A DNA stretch of 63,924 bases, filler included, from Lenisia limosa (lineage: Eukaryota > Protista > Breviatea): the NCBI GenBank assembly GCA_001655205.1. It is 18 parts of 18 records of this genome, joined end to end, with 100 filler letters (N's around TTAATTAATTAA, not from the genome) between each part and the next. Parts side by side here need not be neighbours in the genome. Positions count along the whole stretch, not along the records: positions 52,846 to 61,829 come from LPNZ01001287.1; positions 61,930 to 63,924 come from LPNZ01006115.1; 16 more parts are not named here. One strand, written 5' to 3'. The position numbers were made by a program, and so were the translations under genes. Every line of letters begins with the position of its first letter. The first letter of the stretch is position 1. This document shows, in pieces, positions 60,490-63,924 of the stretch. The notes beneath the pieces were generated by a model that saw only the letters and a list, made by a program, of their open reading frames with translations, was not told the origin of the DNA and did no database searches.

Positions 60490-61929
60490 TCTAAATGTGA
60501 ATAATGGAGATTCATTGTTATTATGAGAGATGGGCACCTGAGTTACATAAAAGTACCTAGTATATATGTTTCTTGATATACATATCATATGCACACTTTA
60601 TTTGTTTATGAAGGGAAACAAAGAAAAAAATAACCTTTCAAGTTTTTTTTTTTTGTAAGATCAGCAAACATCGCGAAAATGTAATATTTTTTAGCGCCAC
60701 GCTCGCGCAAATTTTTTTCAGTTTATGTTTGAATTTTTCTCATATGTCCTTTTTTATGAGTTAAATTGTTGTGAAGTTGACCGTAACATGAAAAAGAGAC
60801 AGTCACAGAAAATTGAATTAACATAGTTTAGGACCTCGAGCATATATACATACATATTATATCATTGTGTATATCATATATTATAGTGTTTTTTTATCAA
60901 CGATAATGATAAGCAGGTGTACTTGTCATCAATGTAGTTAAATGTGGAGTTGACTATATCCAGCCTATGGTTGCATTTTTATGACTGTTCAATTAATATG
61001 TATATATACTACATGTATTATTAATATCTCATATTATATCTTTCTAGTGAAGTAATTATACAAATTCATATTTTTGTAATAGTATTGTATTAATTCCTGA
61101 CCACTTAGTACGAGAGATACCTCTGAGGCTGAGTCCAAGAAAACCACACATCTGTTACAGTTGATGCAAAACCAGCTTGTGACGCAGCAGCTTCAGGATC
61201 TGGATGCTCGCTTCCGGGACGGTGAAGGTCTGCTGAACAAGAGAATATCCACTTGACTTTGTTTTATCAAAGGTACCTCCGCATTGAAATTTTTAGATTT
61301 AATGTTTACATACGTCATCTGCCACACTATATTATCCTTACTTTTCTCATTTGCAGTTTATTTCAAAGTAGTATTATGTGGTAATTTACTTCGATCCCAA
61401 AGATGACCGTCTATTCTCCGATCAATATCATTAGGACATGATACACCCCAGATTATAAAAATCCATATTCTGACAATACAGGTCTTTCATATCCCGCAAG
61501 ATGTTTAGTAGCCCGTTATAGGAAGGTTGTCCAGGGATGTGTTTAGGTAATTGTTTTGTTTCTTTATGGTAAAGTGCCATCTTTCGTTTCCATTTCAAGA
61601 CTGAGCGAATAAAAAAAAATATATTACTTGTTTTATTATCTCTCTTAAAGTGACTGTGGACTTCTTTCATGATTATCATAGAACAAGCCATGAAATTATC
61701 CAGATTCGAACAGATATCCTAAATTATTATCACATATCTACCTAAAATACAAGTACTATACACTAATAAAGAAAAAGAAGAAACAATTAGATCAGCTTGC
61801 CATTCCCTGCAAATCCTCAAGTGACTGAANNNNNNNNNNNNNNNNNNNNNNNNNNNNNNNNNNNNNNNNNNNNTTAATTAATTAANNNNNNNNNNNNNNN
61901 NNNNNNNNNNNNNNNNNNNNNNNNNNNNN

Positions 61930-63924
61930 ACCCCCACCCTCCGCACCGTCGGCCATTGTGAAGTTGGACATGCCTTCAATAACGTCTAAATAAGTTAAGT
62001 TGGCGAAATTGTCAAAATAAGGAAATCTTCCAAATAAGAAGTGGATAAAGGTGCCATATAGCACCCATTAATAAAACACGTTATATATCCACCATTCGGG
62101 TACACGAATTTCCCGTAAATTTACATAATATTTATCGGAAATCTTTCGGAACCCGAATGCGAATTTTTAAAATTTACGTAAATTTTGTGTACCCGAACGG
62201 TCACTAATAATACGTTATATAGCCCCCCCCCCACCAATTGCGAAANNNNNNNNNNNNNNNNNNNNNNNNNNNNNNNNNNNNNNNNNNNNNNNNNNNNNNN
62301 NNNNNNNNNNNNNNNNNNNNNNNNNNNNNNNNNNNNNNNNNNNNNNNNNNNGCCTGAAATATGAGATAAAAGCCTAAAAAAATATGATTAAAAAGAAAGC
62401 CTAATATGATTTTAAAGAAAAAAAACCCTAAAATATAAAAAAAAGAAAGCCTGACATATGATAAAAATGAAAGCCTAAAATATGATATAAAAGCCGAAAT
62501 ATGGTGATGATTTGAGAAAAAAGAAGGCCTGAAAATGATAAAAAAAGAAAGCTTAAATTTGGTGATTTGGGAAGGAAAGAAAAAGTTAATATGGCGTCCA
62601 CACACATCTAAACGCCCCATATCAATAACACCCCTCCCCCCACATCTCCAATAGTCTCGACTTTGTGCACGCCACGCGGCGGCGCCAACTTGTCGAAAAT
62701 CAGCCACATTCTGTTCAGCATATCGACGATGGATTCTGGCGCGTGCGTGGAGGAAATGCGCGTGAAGTTTTCAACATCGGAAAAGAAGAGCTGTGGGGGG
62801 AGGGTAAAACAAAAAATAAAACAAAAATAGGCTCCTTCAAAAAACGTCCGTAATTGCAAAAATTAAACTTTTTTCTTTTGTTCATATAAATACCACTTTT
62901 ATCACTTTTTTTTGAGCTACAGACGCTGCCACCCCCTTTTTAGATGAGCCCTCAAACTCTTACCCCCCCTTACAGTTACTTCATCGTAGCGGCGGGGGGG
63001 AACAGTTTCACCCTTACTCAGCGCATCAGCAACACTAATTCATGAACTCGAAAAAAAGACTCAATTTCACTAAATCGTGACATACATAGGGTTTCACTTC
63101 GGTTCAAAACAAGACTGAATGTCTCGATGAATCCTGGAAAACGATCGATATTTCCCGAGCTTTTTCGATCAAAAGTGAAGCCCTACCACATAGGGTTTCA
63201 CTTCGGCTAGAAAAAAAAAAAAGACTAAATTTCACTAAACCATTACCCTCAGGGTTCTCAAAAAAGACTGAATATCTCTATAAATCCTCGATATTTATCG
63301 ATATTTTACTGGTATTTTTGGAACCGAAGTGAAACCCTATAAATCCTCGAAATATACCGAGTGCATTACTAGTTAACTGCTAAACCCAAGCCTCACATAG
63401 GGGGCAACAGACTGGCCAAGAGTAAATCACCTCGCTTCTTCTGCTCCTAAAAAACGTGAATTGAGTAAGAAAATGTCAAGGTCTGAATAAACGAAGTGAA
63501 TTTTGGGGGAAAAGGGGGAAATAAATATCCAATAAAACAGCCCCCAAAAATGATAAATGTCCCATGTCCTTTGCGTGAACTCTAACAATAGAGCAAAACA
63601 GCTCGAAAAATTGCCATTAACATGTAAAATACACCACATTATCATATAAAACAACTCTAAAAACTACAGATTCGTGCGAATTGAAATATTAATTGCAAAT
63701 TTGAAATGAGACCTATTGTAATGGGAACTCTATTTCAGACACTTTAATTTCAAACTTTGTCAATAAATTTCTTCAAATAATTAATTGCACGAAGCCCTAA
63801 TAAAAACCAACAGCACCCACGTTCAACTCCTTCGTTCTGGCGTTAACCGTGGCCTCCATTTCAGCCTTGGCAGCTGCCTCGCGAGCTAAATCCTCGGAAC
63901 AGTCTTTCAGGGTCATGACTGAGT
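61930..63924 (-). CDS. Class III nucleotidyl cyclase, guanylyl-type, partial
   Basis: VNARTKELN|EQKKRGDLLLASLLPPIVADALSKGETVPPRRYDEVT|LFFSDVENFT...HKVETIGD: signalling helix plus catalytic core. The E in KVETIG is the guanylyl-type residue. Confidence 0.9.
62091..62201. mobile_element. Third MITE-like palindrome (about 32-bp TIR)
   Basis: ACCATTCGGGTACACGAATTTCCCGTAAATTT versus the reverse complement of the right end, ACCGTTCGGGTACACAAAATTTACGTAAATTT. Single copy in the window. Confidence 0.6.
62345..62560. repeat. Degenerate AT-rich tandem repeat of about 20-27 bp
   Basis: AAAGCCT(G/A)AAATATGAT(A)AAAA variants, about 8 units, inside a cyclase intron. Confidence 0.7.
63040..63360. mobile_element. 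Cluster of tandem/nested hAT-type MITEs
   Basis: Full copy at 63087-63185, then 63191-63339 with an extra internal left end at about 63250, plus partial cores on both sides. Confidence 0.75.

Larger units (their letters stand above)
3324..61929. other. 17 artificial scaffold linkers (44N-TTAATTAATTAA-44N)
   Basis: Identical 12-mer giving stops in all six frames, flanked by N runs, at 3368, 8526, 14311, 20389, 21645, 24073, 27076, 28890, 30263, 32603, 34225, 36335, 44774, 47940, 50560, 52790 and 61874. Gene structures break at each one, so adjacency across a linker is not biological. Confidence 0.98.

Noticed and set aside
1-63924. U12-type (minor) introns
   Set aside because: No GTATCCTT or ATATCCTT donor was found at any inferred junction; the matches seen lie in coding or intron-internal sequence.
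1-63924. tRNA, rRNA, transposase or reverse-transcriptase genes
   Set aside because: None recognised. GGTTCGA matches belong to MITE TIRs or coding sequence and lack cloverleaf context.

Overview
Eukaryotic draft-assembly window, not prokaryotic. It is about 18 small scaffolds joined by 17 artificial 100-bp linkers (44 N + TTAATTAATTAA + 44 N). The DNA is intron-rich nuclear sequence of a protist; the alpha-actinin, GT3 glycogen synthase and receptor-type cyclase fit Amoebozoa, but the taxon is an inference. Most entries in the six-frame ORF track are spurious because real exons are about 40-200 bp, separated by GT-AG introns of 44 nt and up. Manual splicing recovers about 24 mostly partial genes: multi-IQ protein, hnRNP Q/R-like, CBP80, an atypical Ras-like protein, a PAP2 phosphatase, an EPL1-like protein, INTS3-like, PX-domain, TPR, TRAPPC11-like, LRR, alpha-actinin, glycogen synthase, RBBP6/Mpe1-like, a guanylyl-type cyclase, and several unknowns. 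Introns carry at least six dispersed repeat families: a hAT-type MITE (about 22 copies, 8-bp TSDs seen), a Tc1/mariner-type MITE, two other TIR elements, and two non-TIR families. The most unusual signal is that the two non-TIR families share a 3' tail (TTCATA(G)AATTTTCC..TTTTACCCCCC), lie almost always sense to the host gene, usually end at the intron acceptor, and stack head-to-tail at C-runs. This suggests mobile elements that target or supply 3' splice sites. Several tandem repeats are also amplified copies of splice junctions. All gene models, counts and coordinates were derived by eye and are approximate.
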